A DNA stretch of 64,000 nucleotides from Crocinitomicaceae bacterium (lineage in GTDB: Bacteria; Bacteroidota; Bacteroidia; Flavobacteriales_D; Crocinitomicaceae), in NCBI GenBank assembly GCA_034111925.1, contig JAWUWJ010000039.1:5416-69415 (forward strand), in the 5' to 3' direction. The notes under the pieces are model-generated. The model did not search any database and was not told the DNA's origin. It worked only from the letters and a program-made list of their open reading frames with translations. This document shows positions 36,446-45,626 of this stretch, in pieces. A program made the translations under genes and the position numbers. The number at the start of each line of letters is the position of its first letter. Positions within the stretch are counted from its first letter, which is position 1.

Positions 36446-37150
36446 ATGAATTTTCCTTTTCGCATCGCCTATTGTTTTCTATTCTCGTTTTTAATTTCAG
36501 CCTTTTCATTAAATGCGCAAACCACAACTCAAGTTGTGGTGCAAGACTTTGAAACATGGTCTCAAATTGGGGTTAGTAAAAGGTTCAACGATGAATTTAA
36601 ACTGCAGTTAAATCAAGGCCTGCGTTTGAACGACAATAGCAGTTCAGTTGATCAGGTTTTGACAAATCTTTCTGGATCATATCAGTATAACGATATGTTT
36701 TCATTTGGCGTCGGCATTCGTTACATCCGAAACAAAGGAAATAGTAGCGGAGAGTTCGAGAATTTAATGCGCTATAATTTTGACTTTGGTGTGAAACATC
36801 AATTGGATCGATTCCATTTCAAGTACCGTTTGAGACTGCAGACAAAAGATAAAATTGGCAGCAGCAGAAATGAGGGCGATTTTTTTAAACATGGTCAACG
36901 CTTAAAAGTTGGTGTTCGCTATAATGTTAAAAATTGGAAATTGGATCCGAAGTTCTCCACCGAGCTGTTCCGATATTCTGGGAGGTATATGTTGTCTTCT
37001 TTTGAAAAAATTCGATTTACGCTTGGTACGGAATACAAAATCAAAAAATTTGGAAAAGTTGGAATATTCTATAGTATCGAAAGGGAACTTGTCGGAACAT
37101 ATCCTAAAACGACAAATATCTTGGGTCTGAATTTCACATATAAACTTTAA
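36446..37150 (+). CDS. putative outer-membrane beta-barrel protein (DUF2490-like)
   Basis: Signal peptide MNFPFRIAYCFLFSFLISAFSLNAQ. Alternating hydrophobic beta-strand pattern throughout. It ends 5 nt before the CotH gene. The DUF assignment is from memory only. Confidence 0.45.
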   Translation: MNFPFRIAYCFLFSFLISAFSLNAQTTTQVVVQDFETWSQIGVSKRFNDEFKLQLNQGLRLNDNSSSVDQVLTNLSGSYQYNDMFSFGVGIRYIRNKGNSSGEFENLMRYNFDFGVKHQLDRFHFKYRLRLQTKDKIGSSRNEGDFFKHGQRLKVGVRYNVKNWKLDPKFSTELFRYSGRYMLSSFEKIRFTLGTEYKIKKFGKVGIFYSIERELVGTYPKTTNILGLNFTYKL

Positions 37151-37155
37151 GTAGT

Positions 37156-38502
37156 ATGAAAAAAATCATTTTAAGTACACTCATCATATCTGTGACAATT
37201 CTTAGTTGCAAAAAAGAAGTAACGGTAACTCAAGGCGACGGATATGCGGACTGGACTTCAGAAACACATAGTGCAAGCTCTCCCGATTATTCTGAAGTTT
37301 TTGGCGATTCTGAGGTTCGACGCATTGATATTACAATCGACAAGGCCTATTGGAAATTAATGGAAAAGCACCTTAGTAACTTCTATTCAAGCAGCGGAGG
37401 AGGCGGTGGAGATTTTCCAGAAGCAACTCCAATATATGTCCCATGTAATCTTGAATACAAAGGAATAAATTGGTACAACGTTGGAATCCGATACAAAGGG
37501 AATTCTAGTTTGCAATCGGCTTACAACAGCGGCATTTCTAAATTACCGTTTCGATTAAATTTCGACGAATTTTCCAATGATTACCCTGAATTGATGGGAC
37601 AAAATTTTTACGGATTTAATGAACTTTCATTGTCCAGTAGCTATAATGACAAATCATTAATGCGAGAAAAAGTGGCCTCAGATCTTTTTAGAGATTTCGG
37701 TGTTCCTTGTGCTCGATCCGTTTTCTGTCGCGTCTATGTTGACTTTGGTGAAGGGTCTACTTATTTCGGACTTTACACTATGCTAGAAGTCGTTTTCGAT
37801 TCAATGTTAGAAAATGAATTTGGTTCAGCTTATGGCAATTGCTACAAACCTGATGGTGATGGGGCTTCTTTCGCAGAGGGAACTTTTGATGAGTCTTATT
37901 TTGAAAATAAAACAGACGGTACGGATTGGAGTGATGTTCGTTCACTCTATGATATTTTACACAGCTCAGAAAGAACATCCAACCCAGCAGCTTGGCGAAC
38001 CTCATTGGAATCCGTACTCGATGTTGATCAATACTTGCAATACATGGCAGTAAATTTCACCATTCAAAACTGGGACACGTATGGCAGAATGACCCATAAT
38101 TATTACCTATACAACAACCCTTCCGATTCTAAATTAAACTGGATTCCATGGGACAACAATGAAGCATTTGATGAGGGCAAACAAGGCGGAGCACTTTCTA
38201 TTGACTTAAGTGATGCTTCAAACGAGTGGCCACTTTTGAGCTACATTATAGCTGATGATACGTATGAAACGACTTACAAAGTCCACTTGAGAAATTTCAT
38301 CGACAATCATTTTAATTCGTCAAACATGAGTTCGATATACAATTCGTATTATTCTCAAATTGAACCTTATGCAACGGGGGAATTTGGCGAAGTATCAGGA
38401 TATACATTTTTAAATTCAGAGAATGATTTTTCGAGTGCGTTGAATACATTAATTAGTCATACTTCATCGCGGTACTCCGTTGTCGATGCGTATGCACAAT
38501 AA
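37156..38502 (+). CDS. CotH family protein (atypical kinase fold), lipoprotein
   Basis: Lipobox ILSC. The segments FRLNFDEF, FYGFNELSLSSSYNDKSLMREKVASDLFRDFGVPCARSVFCRVYV, NCYKPDG, and NWDTYGRMTHNYYLY match my recollection of CotH. Confidence 0.75.
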   Translation: MKKIILSTLIISVTILSCKKEVTVTQGDGYADWTSETHSASSPDYSEVFGDSEVRRIDITIDKAYWKLMEKHLSNFYSSSGGGGGDFPEATPIYVPCNLEYKGINWYNVGIRYKGNSSLQSAYNSGISKLPFRLNFDEFSNDYPELMGQNFYGFNELSLSSSYNDKSLMREKVASDLFRDFGVPCARSVFCRVYVDFGEGSTYFGLYTMLEVVFDSMLENEFGSAYGNCYKPDGDGASFAEGTFDESYFENKTDGTDWSDVRSLYDILHSSERTSNPAAWRTSLESVLDVDQYLQYMAVNFTIQNWDTYGRMTHNYYLYNNPSDSKLNWIPWDNNEAFDEGKQGGALSIDLSDASNEWPLLSYIIADDTYETTYKVHLRNFIDNHFNSSNMSSIYNSYYSQIEPYATGEFGEVSGYTFLNSENDFSSALNTLISHTSSRYSVVDAYAQ

Positions 38503-38506
38503 TTAA

Positions 38507-38654
38507 GGTCGATTGTCCGATCGTTCGAAGGTTCGATAGAAGAATATAGAGAATAGATTTTAGAAGAAAAACGTCTAAGATCTAAATTCTAATATCCAAA
38601 CGTGAGGAACGAACGATCCAAAAGCGCAGCGCTCAAAAAATCGGAAGATCGACC
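38507..38654. repeat. MITE-like intergenic element bounded by imperfect inverted repeats
   Basis: The left end is ggtcgattgtccgatcgttcg. The right end is cgaacgatcc...atcggaagatcgacc, the reverse complement with one 22-nt insertion. It contains atctaaattctaatatccaaa (38580-38600), shared with 36295-36315. Confidence 0.55.
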
Positions 38655-39218
38655 TTACTTGTTATTCCAATTCGACATCGCTCTGTTCAAGCCGATCGTT
38701 GTAAAATCTTTGATGAATGATTTCGAAACCATGATTCTTTCGCCCATGCAAGCTTCTTCGTCTTTGTGCCATTCTCCCAAAACGTAATTCACCTGCTTCC
38801 CAGGGTTGAATTCGCTTCCAACGCCAAATCTTAAACGGGCGTAATTTGGTGTATTCAATGTTGCCTGGATGTCTTTCAATCCATTGTGACCGCCGTCAGA
38901 TCCCTTCCCTTTCATTCTTAATTTCCCAAATGGAAGTGCGATATCATCGGTAACGACAAGAATGTTTTCCAATGGAATTTTTTCTTGTTGCATCCAATAA
39001 TTCGCGGCCTTTCCAGAAAGATTCATGAACGTGGTCGGTTTGATTAAAATGATCGTTCTTCCTTTGAATTTCACTTTAGAAACCTCCGCATGTTTGTCCT
39101 CAGAAAATTCACCGTCGAATTCTTCCGCAAACGATTCGACTACTTTAAAACCGATGTTATGTCTCGTGTTTTCGTATTTCGAACCTGGATTCCCTAGACC
39201 TACAATTAGATATTTCAT
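38655..39218 (-). CDS. pth: peptidyl-tRNA hydrolase
   Basis: LIVGLGNPGSKYENTRHNIGF, DDIALPFGKLRMKGKGSDGGHNGLK, and RLRFGVG are present. Confidence 0.95.
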   Translation of the reverse strand: MKYLIVGLGNPGSKYENTRHNIGFKVVESFAEEFDGEFSEDKHAEVSKVKFKGRTIILIKPTTFMNLSGKAANYWMQQEKIPLENILVVTDDIALPFGKLRMKGKGSDGGHNGLKDIQATLNTPNYARLRFGVGSEFNPGKQVNYVLGEWHKDEEACMGERIMVSKSFIKDFTTIGLNRAMSNWNNK

Positions 39219-39234
39219 GCTGTTGTTTGAACTA

Positions 39235-39242
39235 CAAATTTA
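39235..39242 (-). promoter_or_regulatory. -7 promoter box TAAATTTG for pth
   Basis: The reverse complement of caaattta is TAAATTTG, 17 nt upstream of the pth ATG. Confidence 0.45.
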
Positions 39243-39249
39243 AACTTGT

Positions 39250-40263
39250 TTAAATGAAATCGAAACCTGAAGTGTAAAATGGCTCTTCAGAAGTAGATTT
39301 TGTATTGGATTGTTGTACAATGTTTGCCTTACTAACACCAATAACCTTGTGCAGCAAGCCCCATTTCACTTTATCTTTTACTTTGGAATATAAGTTGTCG
39401 TTGACATCCGTCCACCAAAGAATTAGGTTTTTATTTTCTCGCTTTAATATTCCTTGAAATAGCTCAGCAAGCAATTCGGGATTGTTGTCCTTAACGATTA
39501 CTGCCTCAGGCACAACGCACGCATTTCTTTTCGGTCGAATCAATTTATTCAAACCTGGAATAAAGGGAATAACCTTCGTCAACACCCCTCCCGCTTTCCC
39601 CGGCAACCTTTTAATTTCCCAGGTGGAAATAGAAACCTTCGCGAAAGCAATAATTTCACCATTCTCGTCTTTTATGGTGTAAAATGGAGGCTTCGAAGTT
39701 TGCGCTGAAAAAAAATAGTGGTAATTCTTGAAACGATTTTCCACCAATTCTTTTACTTCGTTCCAATCTTCACTTTTATGAACTCTAGAACTTTCTTTTG
39801 GATTTACCCGACTAAAAGTCTGCGTTGCAATCTCACCGACCGTTTCAAAACCAAAAGTTTGACTCATCCAAAGGCTTTTCTCGTTCTTTGGATCAATATA
39901 AGCGTAAAAAGAATCCACTTCACCTTTCCCGTTTTCACCGTCCAAAGAGGATTGAAAATAATCTCCCAACTCCTTTTTTAACAAAGATGTTCCTTTGGAT
40001 TTTTTTACCCCAGTTGATTGAAGTTTGGGAGAAAATGCAAAGTAACGCACGTACCAATCGTTCGCTCTTCGACAAAAAGTTACGTTCGAAATTACATTGC
40101 CATTGCGCTCCATACTCAAAAAGAGCGGATTGTCTGATTCTTTGATTCGTTCGGCTGTATCCAAATGACGGTATTGAGCACCATTCGTTCCAAGCGTTAC
40201 TGACTCAAGTAATTCTACTATTTCTGGCGTTTCTTTTCCCCTTATTTTAAAAAGTGGGTGCAT
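39250..40263 (-). CDS. hypothetical protein (possibly GNAT-like fold)
   Basis: 337-aa ORF with no signal peptide. ATG overlaps the stop of the upstream alcohol dehydrogenase gene (TAATG). No motif I can name with confidence. Confidence 0.5.
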   Translation of the reverse strand: MHPLFKIRGKETPEIVELLESVTLGTNGAQYRHLDTAERIKESDNPLFLSMERNGNVISNVTFCRRANDWYVRYFAFSPKLQSTGVKKSKGTSLLKKELGDYFQSSLDGENGKGEVDSFYAYIDPKNEKSLWMSQTFGFETVGEIATQTFSRVNPKESSRVHKSEDWNEVKELVENRFKNYHYFFSAQTSKPPFYTIKDENGEIIAFAKVSISTWEIKRLPGKAGGVLTKVIPFIPGLNKLIRPKRNACVVPEAVIVKDNNPELLAELFQGILKRENKNLILWWTDVNDNLYSKVKDKVKWGLLHKVIGVSKANIVQQSNTKSTSEEPFYTSGFDFI

Positions 40264-41426
40264 TAATACGCTGCTTTAACAATCGCTTTAATATCATCAG
40301 GACGGATTGCCTTGCGCTCACCCATTTCAACCCAACCTCTGTCTATAAAAACTTGTTTAATTTTCTCATCGGCACCAGAAAACGCCTCTGTATAGTCGGA
40401 AATTCTCGTTTTCACACCAAGCGACTGAAAAAACCTTTCCGTATTCTGAATGGCCTCTTTTGCTATCCTATCGTTATCTCCTGTCAAGTTCCAAACCCGC
40501 TTTCCGTATTGAATTAACTTTTCGCGCTTGTTATCAAACTGGTGTTCATAGAGACGAGGTGCAATAATCGCCAAAGATTGAGCATGATCAATTCCGTACA
40601 TTGCTGTTAGTTCGTGCCCGATCATGTGCGTTGTCCAATCTGAAACGACTCCACATCGTAAGTTTCCGTTAAGGGCATGCGTCGCACACCACATTAAGTT
40701 AGAAGCAAACTTGTAATTCCCTGGATCATCAATTGAACCGGAAATTTCGATCAGCGTTGTCAAAATAGCCTCGGCTTGGCGCTCTTGCAAAAGATTACCA
40801 GAAGGAAACGTTAAATATTGCTCAAGCGTGTGCATGTATGAGTCAATCAGACCGTTGGCGATTTGCCTTTTTGGAAGAGTTGCAACCACAGATGGATCAC
40901 AGAAAGAAAATTTAGGAAAGAACAATGGCCCACTCATTACACGCTTCTCATTTAGTTCTCTTCTACTAATCACCGCCCCAGAATTTGCTTCTGAACCAGT
41001 TGCTGGCAATGTAAGCACTGTTCCAAAGGGAATAGCTTCCGTGAACTTGCTCCCTTCCTTATTTTCCAATACATCCCATGGATCGCTTTTGTATGGAATG
41101 GCGCCGCTCATGAATTTCACTCCATCAATAACGCTACCTCCACCAACTGCCAAAATAAAATCGGTGTCCTTGGCTCTTGCTAATTCCACTCCTTTCATCA
41201 AGGTATCAAAATCTGGGTTTGCTTCTACACCTCCAAATTCTGTGACTTCAAAACCTTTCAAACATTCGGTCAATTCATCGAACAAACCAATTCGTTTGAC
41301 ACTCCCTCCGCCGTACACAAGCATAGGTCGTTTAACATCCAAGTCGGCAAGTAACTCTGGCAACCGCGCCAATTGATTTTCACCAAAAATTATTCTTGTT
41401 GGGTTAACGACTTCAAAATTTTCCAT
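40263..41426 (-). CDS. iron-containing (group III) alcohol dehydrogenase, YqhD/butanol-dehydrogenase-like
   Basis: GGGSVIDGVK (GGGSxxD), and a metal-site histidine pattern in HTLEQY...THMIGHELT...HAQSLA. 387 aa. Confidence 0.9.
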   Translation of the reverse strand: MENFEVVNPTRIIFGENQLARLPELLADLDVKRPMLVYGGGSVKRIGLFDELTECLKGFEVTEFGGVEANPDFDTLMKGVELARAKDTDFILAVGGGSVIDGVKFMSGAIPYKSDPWDVLENKEGSKFTEAIPFGTVLTLPATGSEANSGAVISRRELNEKRVMSGPLFFPKFSFCDPSVVATLPKRQIANGLIDSYMHTLEQYLTFPSGNLLQERQAEAILTTLIEISGSIDDPGNYKFASNLMWCATHALNGNLRCGVVSDWTTHMIGHELTAMYGIDHAQSLAIIAPRLYEHQFDNKREKLIQYGKRVWNLTGDNDRIAKEAIQNTERFFQSLGVKTRISDYTEAFSGADEKIKQVFIDRGWVEMGERKAIRPDDIKAIVKAAY

Positions 41427-41492
41427 ATTCTAGTATACAAAAAACCCCGATTCATCAAGGACGAATCGGGGAATAATTAAACTTAAATTTTA

Positions 41493-42005
41493 TTAAAATA
41501 CACCTTTATCTTCAACCGCGTAAGCGACCGTTAGTGCATCAATCTTTTCTAGTTGATCTCGAATATCGAATATCAAAATCGTAGGAGCCGTTTTATCTGC
41601 CTTCACACAGGTAATAACGTTTTCAATTTGTTCAGTCATACGAACCGGTTTGGATTCGAACTTATCCAACTTCCATCTTGAGATAGCATTCGTATTGTAC
41701 AAATCACCTGCAGCGGGTTGAACAACATTGTCTAAAAACAAAGCATATCCTAGCTTGAACTCTGCAGCTCTTGCTGGATTTCTAGGCTCTCCCAAATAAA
41801 GGAAGTCAATTTCTGATCGTTGCTTATATGGCGTCATATCAGTAGCCTTCAATCCTATTGGACGTTCAACTTTAACCGTCGGATCTGACTCCTTAGTTGT
41901 AGTTGCAACCATAAAGAAGAACAACAACATAAATACAATATCAGGCAATGATGATGTATTTACTCCTGGTACTTCTCTACCTCCATCTTTTCTAAATTTT
42001 GACAT
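41493..42005 (-). CDS. ExbD/TolR family biopolymer transport protein
   Basis: N-terminal INTSSLPDIVFMLLFFFMV single TM, typical of ExbD. Confidence 0.85.
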   Translation of the reverse strand: MSKFRKDGGREVPGVNTSSLPDIVFMLLFFFMVATTTKESDPTVKVERPIGLKATDMTPYKQRSEIDFLYLGEPRNPARAAEFKLGYALFLDNVVQPAAGDLYNTNAISRWKLDKFESKPVRMTEQIENVITCVKADKTAPTILIFDIRDQLEKIDALTVAYAVEDKGVF

Positions 42006-42025
42006 ACTATTCTTTTTATTTAGAA

Positions 42026-42835
42026 TTAATTATTCGGCTTAACTTCAATGATACGCGCTGGATAAAGAACTTCAAGTAATTCAAGCTTTTTCCCATCTTT
42101 CGCTTTATCTAGTTTATCCATTGCTTCTCTTTTCTTAATGATTCCATAAGATTCACCAAAAATATCTTTTGCCGCAATATCTCTCAATTCAAAAATAGCT
42201 TCTTCAACTTCAGATTGAATCTTAGCAAATAACTCATATTCAGTTTCCGCCATCACCTCTACACGGACGTGGGCTTGGAAATGAATTTCTCGAAGAATTC
42301 TTTTGCCACTCTTTTTAAACAACAAATTAGACGCTGTTTGCTTTTCTAACCATTTATCGAGCTGCTTCTCACTAAATTCAATCATGTCGTCTGCAGCACC
42401 TGGAGTGTTTGAAATCTCATCCAATTTATCCTCAGAGGATAAAATGTTTTGTTCGATTTCATCTCTTGAAGTAAACGAATAGAATGGGAAATTTTGTCCT
42501 TTATAGCTAGGGTTATTCAACGCAGCGTTGGTTTGATCCTGATTAAGATTCTGATTCATTTGATAGAATTCAAGAACCTTATCTGAGATCAAATCTGGAT
42601 CTTCCATTGGAATCCCTCTGAACAACAATTGATTTTGGTTATTTGCACGTATATCACAAATATTTCTTTCTTCAACTGGATCAGGGTCAACAGGAATTTC
42701 CAATTTTTTAGGAATCTTACGTACATAAGCTGTATCCTTTTCCATCGTAGTTGTAACCAAGAAGAAAATCAACAGTAGAAAGGCGATGTCAGCCATCGAC
42801 CCAGCATTTATTTCAGGAATTTCTCTCTTCGCCAT
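42026..42835 (-). CDS. ExbD/TolR family protein with long C-terminal extension
   Basis: EINAGSMADIAFLLLIFFLVTT is an ExbD-type TM. At 269 aa it is longer than the usual ~130-200 aa. Confidence 0.8.
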   Translation of the reverse strand: MAKREIPEINAGSMADIAFLLLIFFLVTTTMEKDTAYVRKIPKKLEIPVDPDPVEERNICDIRANNQNQLLFRGIPMEDPDLISDKVLEFYQMNQNLNQDQTNAALNNPSYKGQNFPFYSFTSRDEIEQNILSSEDKLDEISNTPGAADDMIEFSEKQLDKWLEKQTASNLLFKKSGKRILREIHFQAHVRVEVMAETEYELFAKIQSEVEEAIFELRDIAAKDIFGESYGIIKKREAMDKLDKAKDGKKLELLEVLYPARIIEVKPNN

Positions 42836-42839
42836 ATTC

Positions 42840-43313
42840 TTATTTTCTTAGTCGTCCCATCAGTGGGCCTAAAATCCATACCAATGCTCCAATAGTAAGT
42901 AAAACCAATCCAGTATAAATACCAGCTGTAGTTGTACTAATAACTTCTGCATTTTGTTGCACCTTTTCGCTAAGGTCTAGTGATTCGTTTGTATCAGTAG
43001 AACCAACGAGTCTAAAGATTACGTATAAAACACCTGCTGCTAATATTCCTGCAATTGATAATGCCGTTTTCTTAGTGTTTGTAATTAACTGAACTAGGAA
43101 AAATACCAAGATAACTGCCACTCCACCAAGAATGATGTAAAGCGTATAGTTAATTGCTAACCCAAGACTAAAGCTTTTCATAAATTCTTCACGAACTTTT
43201 TCTTCAGCTTCACCGTTTGGTCCTAAAATCACCATAAAACAGGCTACAACACCAATGACAACTAGTACGACCTTTAAGACCGTCATTATCATATTTAGTT
43301 TTTTGTCGTCCAT
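42840..43313 (-). CDS. small integral membrane protein in the ExbB/ExbD cluster
   Basis: Four predicted TM helices. It is tightly packed between the ExbB-like and ExbD-like genes. Confidence 0.6.
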   Translation of the reverse strand: MDDKKLNMIMTVLKVVLVVIGVVACFMVILGPNGEAEEKVREEFMKSFSLGLAINYTLYIILGGVAVILVFFLVQLITNTKKTALSIAGILAAGVLYVIFRLVGSTDTNESLDLSEKVQQNAEVISTTTAGIYTGLVLLTIGALVWILGPLMGRLRK

Positions 43314-43355
43314 CGTTTAATTTTTAATGGTTAATAAATCTTTTTCTTCTAATTA

Positions 43356-44201
43356 TTACGCTTTAGCTACTTTAAGCTTAAGCATCATGTCAATCAAAGA
43401 AATAGATGCATCCTCCATTTCGTTAACAATTCCGTCAACTTTAGAAACGATGTAGTTGTAAAAGATTTGTAGGAAAATCGCTGATACAAGACCAAAAACA
43501 GTTGTTAAAAGTGCTACTTGAATACCACCGGCTACTGTAATCGGAGATACTTGTCCATCTTTTACAATTTGATCAAAGGCTTGAATCATCCCAATTACCG
43601 TACCCATGAAACCAAGCATTGGTGCAAGAGCGATAAATAATGATAACCAAGAAAGTCCTTTTTCTAAAAGTCCCATTTGAACTCCACCGTAAGCAACAAC
43701 TGATTTTTCAACCATGTCAATTCCTTCTTCGGAGCGATCCAATCCTTGATAGAATATGGAGGCAATAGGTCCTCTAGTATTACGACAAACATCTTTAGCT
43801 GCGTCAACACCACCATTTTTCAATGCAGTTTCAACTTCATCTAAGAATCTTTTTGTATTAATTGTAGAAAGGTTCAAGTAAACAATACGCTCAATTGAAA
43901 GCGCCAATCCAATGATCAAACAGATCAATACTGGTGTCATCCAAAACGGATCACCTTGGATAAATTTTTGCTTTAAGGTCTGTACAAAGCTCAATTCAGG
44001 CTCTTCTTCCTCTTGAGGTGCTGTACTCTCCTCGTTTTCAGCGTTGGCTGCAGTTGACACCGCTAATGCCGCTGCTTCAACTTGTGCAATTGAATCAGCA
44101 ATTCGTAATGAGTCTTCTGGCGTTTGTTGCGCTGAACTTACGTTCGCAAATCCAAATGTGATAACTGCTACAATAGTTAAAGAACTAATTAGTTTTTTCA
44201 T
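43356..44201 (-). CDS. MotA/TolQ/ExbB proton channel family protein
   Basis: Signal/TM, an acidic linker, then the conserved LSLFIALAPMLGFMGTVIGMIQAF and VALLTTVFGLVSAI segments. Confidence 0.9.
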   Translation of the reverse strand: MKKLISSLTIVAVITFGFANVSSAQQTPEDSLRIADSIAQVEAAALAVSTAANAENEESTAPQEEEEPELSFVQTLKQKFIQGDPFWMTPVLICLIIGLALSIERIVYLNLSTINTKRFLDEVETALKNGGVDAAKDVCRNTRGPIASIFYQGLDRSEEGIDMVEKSVVAYGGVQMGLLEKGLSWLSLFIALAPMLGFMGTVIGMIQAFDQIVKDGQVSPITVAGGIQVALLTTVFGLVSAIFLQIFYNYIVSKVDGIVNEMEDASISLIDMMLKLKVAKA

Positions 44202-44812
44202 GTTCTCAAAGATTAATTTAATCGTATTCTAAGTTTAATATTAGGCCAAATTTAATAAAATTATTTTCACAATCCAGATGTGGCGATGTTATGATAGTAT
44301 CAACGGATAATTCATACTCCATAAATTCATCTTTATCACTGCTAATCAACCCATTAAAAAAGGGTTTTTTCTCTATTCAATAATCACGATTGATCCTAAC
44401 AAATTGTTTCAGGTTTTCAAAATGACCAAAACAGATCTGTTTTTTTAGAAAATTGTTTGATCTCGTGGTAACTCACGAAAAAGCCTGTGATTTCAAAGAA
44501 TAGATGTGCATATCCATTTTCTAGTTGTGTAAAATAATTTTCAAAGACCGTTGCAAAATCTATAAAACCGAATGCTTGAGAATAGAATGTTCTGTTTGAA
44601 ATTGTGTTCGAACCATCACACCTATCTATTCGGAGTACTTTTAGTTTTGCAAGTATCAATACTACTCAACTCTTTTAACAAAAAAAAGGCACAAGGCGAA
44701 TACTTTAGCAAGTTGTTGCAATTGTTGAGTTAAGTGTAAACCTCACTGTTCAGTCGAATTAAATTGTCAGTGAATCGTTCTTAAAACGAATAGTTCATGT
44801 CTTTTCATTGTC

Positions 44813-44850
44813 ATTTTGTTTAACGTTTGTATATTTACATTAAACAAAAT
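44813..44850. promoter_or_regulatory. perfect 11-bp inverted repeat ATTTTGTTTAA-N16-TTAAACAAAAT (operator-like)
   Basis: The spacer cgtttgtatatttaca itself contains TGTA-N4-TACA. The repeat ends about 75 nt upstream of the SDR gene ATG at 44926. Confidence 0.45.
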
Positions 44851-44925
44851 AGGTTCGTTTATGAATTTCCTTGAGATGGAAGCTCAATTCTGCAAAAACC
44901 AAAAGCCTATTTGATTGAACTTGTT

Positions 44926-45624
44926 ATGAAAAAATACTTAATCATTGGTGCCTCCTCTGGGATTGGCAAAGCACTTGCAGAAGAATTGTTAAATCAAGGA
45001 CATCATGTCATCGGGACATACAATAGCAATACGATTGAACAAACGAGCCCAAATCTAGATCCTGTTCATTTTGACGTTATGGCAGAAGAGTTGAATTTCG
45101 ACTTCATTCCTAGTGAACTTGACGGTTTGATTTATTGTCCAGGTGCAATTAAATTGCTCCCTTTTAAACGCTTAAAACAAGCAGATATCCTTTCAGATTT
45201 CCAATTGCAGGTTGCTGGAGCAGTTTCTGTTATTCAAAATTGTTTGCCCTCATTAAAAAATGGGACAGATCCTTCTATTGTTCTTTTTTCCACTGTAGCT
45301 GTTCAATCTGGATTTAATTTTCACACGCAAGTCTCCATGTCTAAAGGAGCAATTGAAGGATTAACAAAAGCACTGGCAGCTGAGCTCGCTCCAACAATTA
45401 GAGTAAACGCCATTGCTCCAGGCTTAACAGACACCCCGCTCGCTTCAAAGCTTTTGAATACATCCGAAAAGAAAGAAGCGAATGCTCAGAAACATCCAAT
45501 GAAACGCATTGGAGAACCCGAGGATTTAGCAAATATGGCAGCGTTTCTTCTATCGGAGAAATCTTCTTGGATCACAGGTCAAATAATTCATGTAGACGGC
45601 GGAATGTCTAATTTAAACACTTAA
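44926..45624 (+). CDS. short-chain dehydrogenase/reductase family protein (atypical active site)
   Basis: IIGASSGIGKA cofactor motif and IRVNAIAPGLTDTP are present. At the expected Y-x-x-x-K position the sequence is V-S-M-S-K. Start moved to ATG 44926. Confidence 0.8.
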   Translation: MKKYLIIGASSGIGKALAEELLNQGHHVIGTYNSNTIEQTSPNLDPVHFDVMAEELNFDFIPSELDGLIYCPGAIKLLPFKRLKQADILSDFQLQVAGAVSVIQNCLPSLKNGTDPSIVLFSTVAVQSGFNFHTQVSMSKGAIEGLTKALAAELAPTIRVNAIAPGLTDTPLASKLLNTSEKKEANAQKHPMKRIGEPEDLANMAAFLLSEKSSWITGQIIHVDGGMSNLNT

Positions 45625-45626
45625 CT

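Noticed and set aside
41493-44201. ExbB / membrane protein / ExbD / ExbD cluster without an adjacent tonB
   Set aside because: tonB genes are frequently unlinked, and this four-gene arrangement looks ordinary for Bacteroidota as far as I recall. It is not evidence of a novel system.
44417-44659. 80-aa minus-strand ORF in the long ExbB/SDR intergenic region
   Set aside because: It has a non-ATG start and no recognisable motif, signal or partner. It could be a gene fragment but I cannot support that. The small hairpin AACCC-N9-GGGTT-TTTT near 44349-44372 is likewise unexplained.
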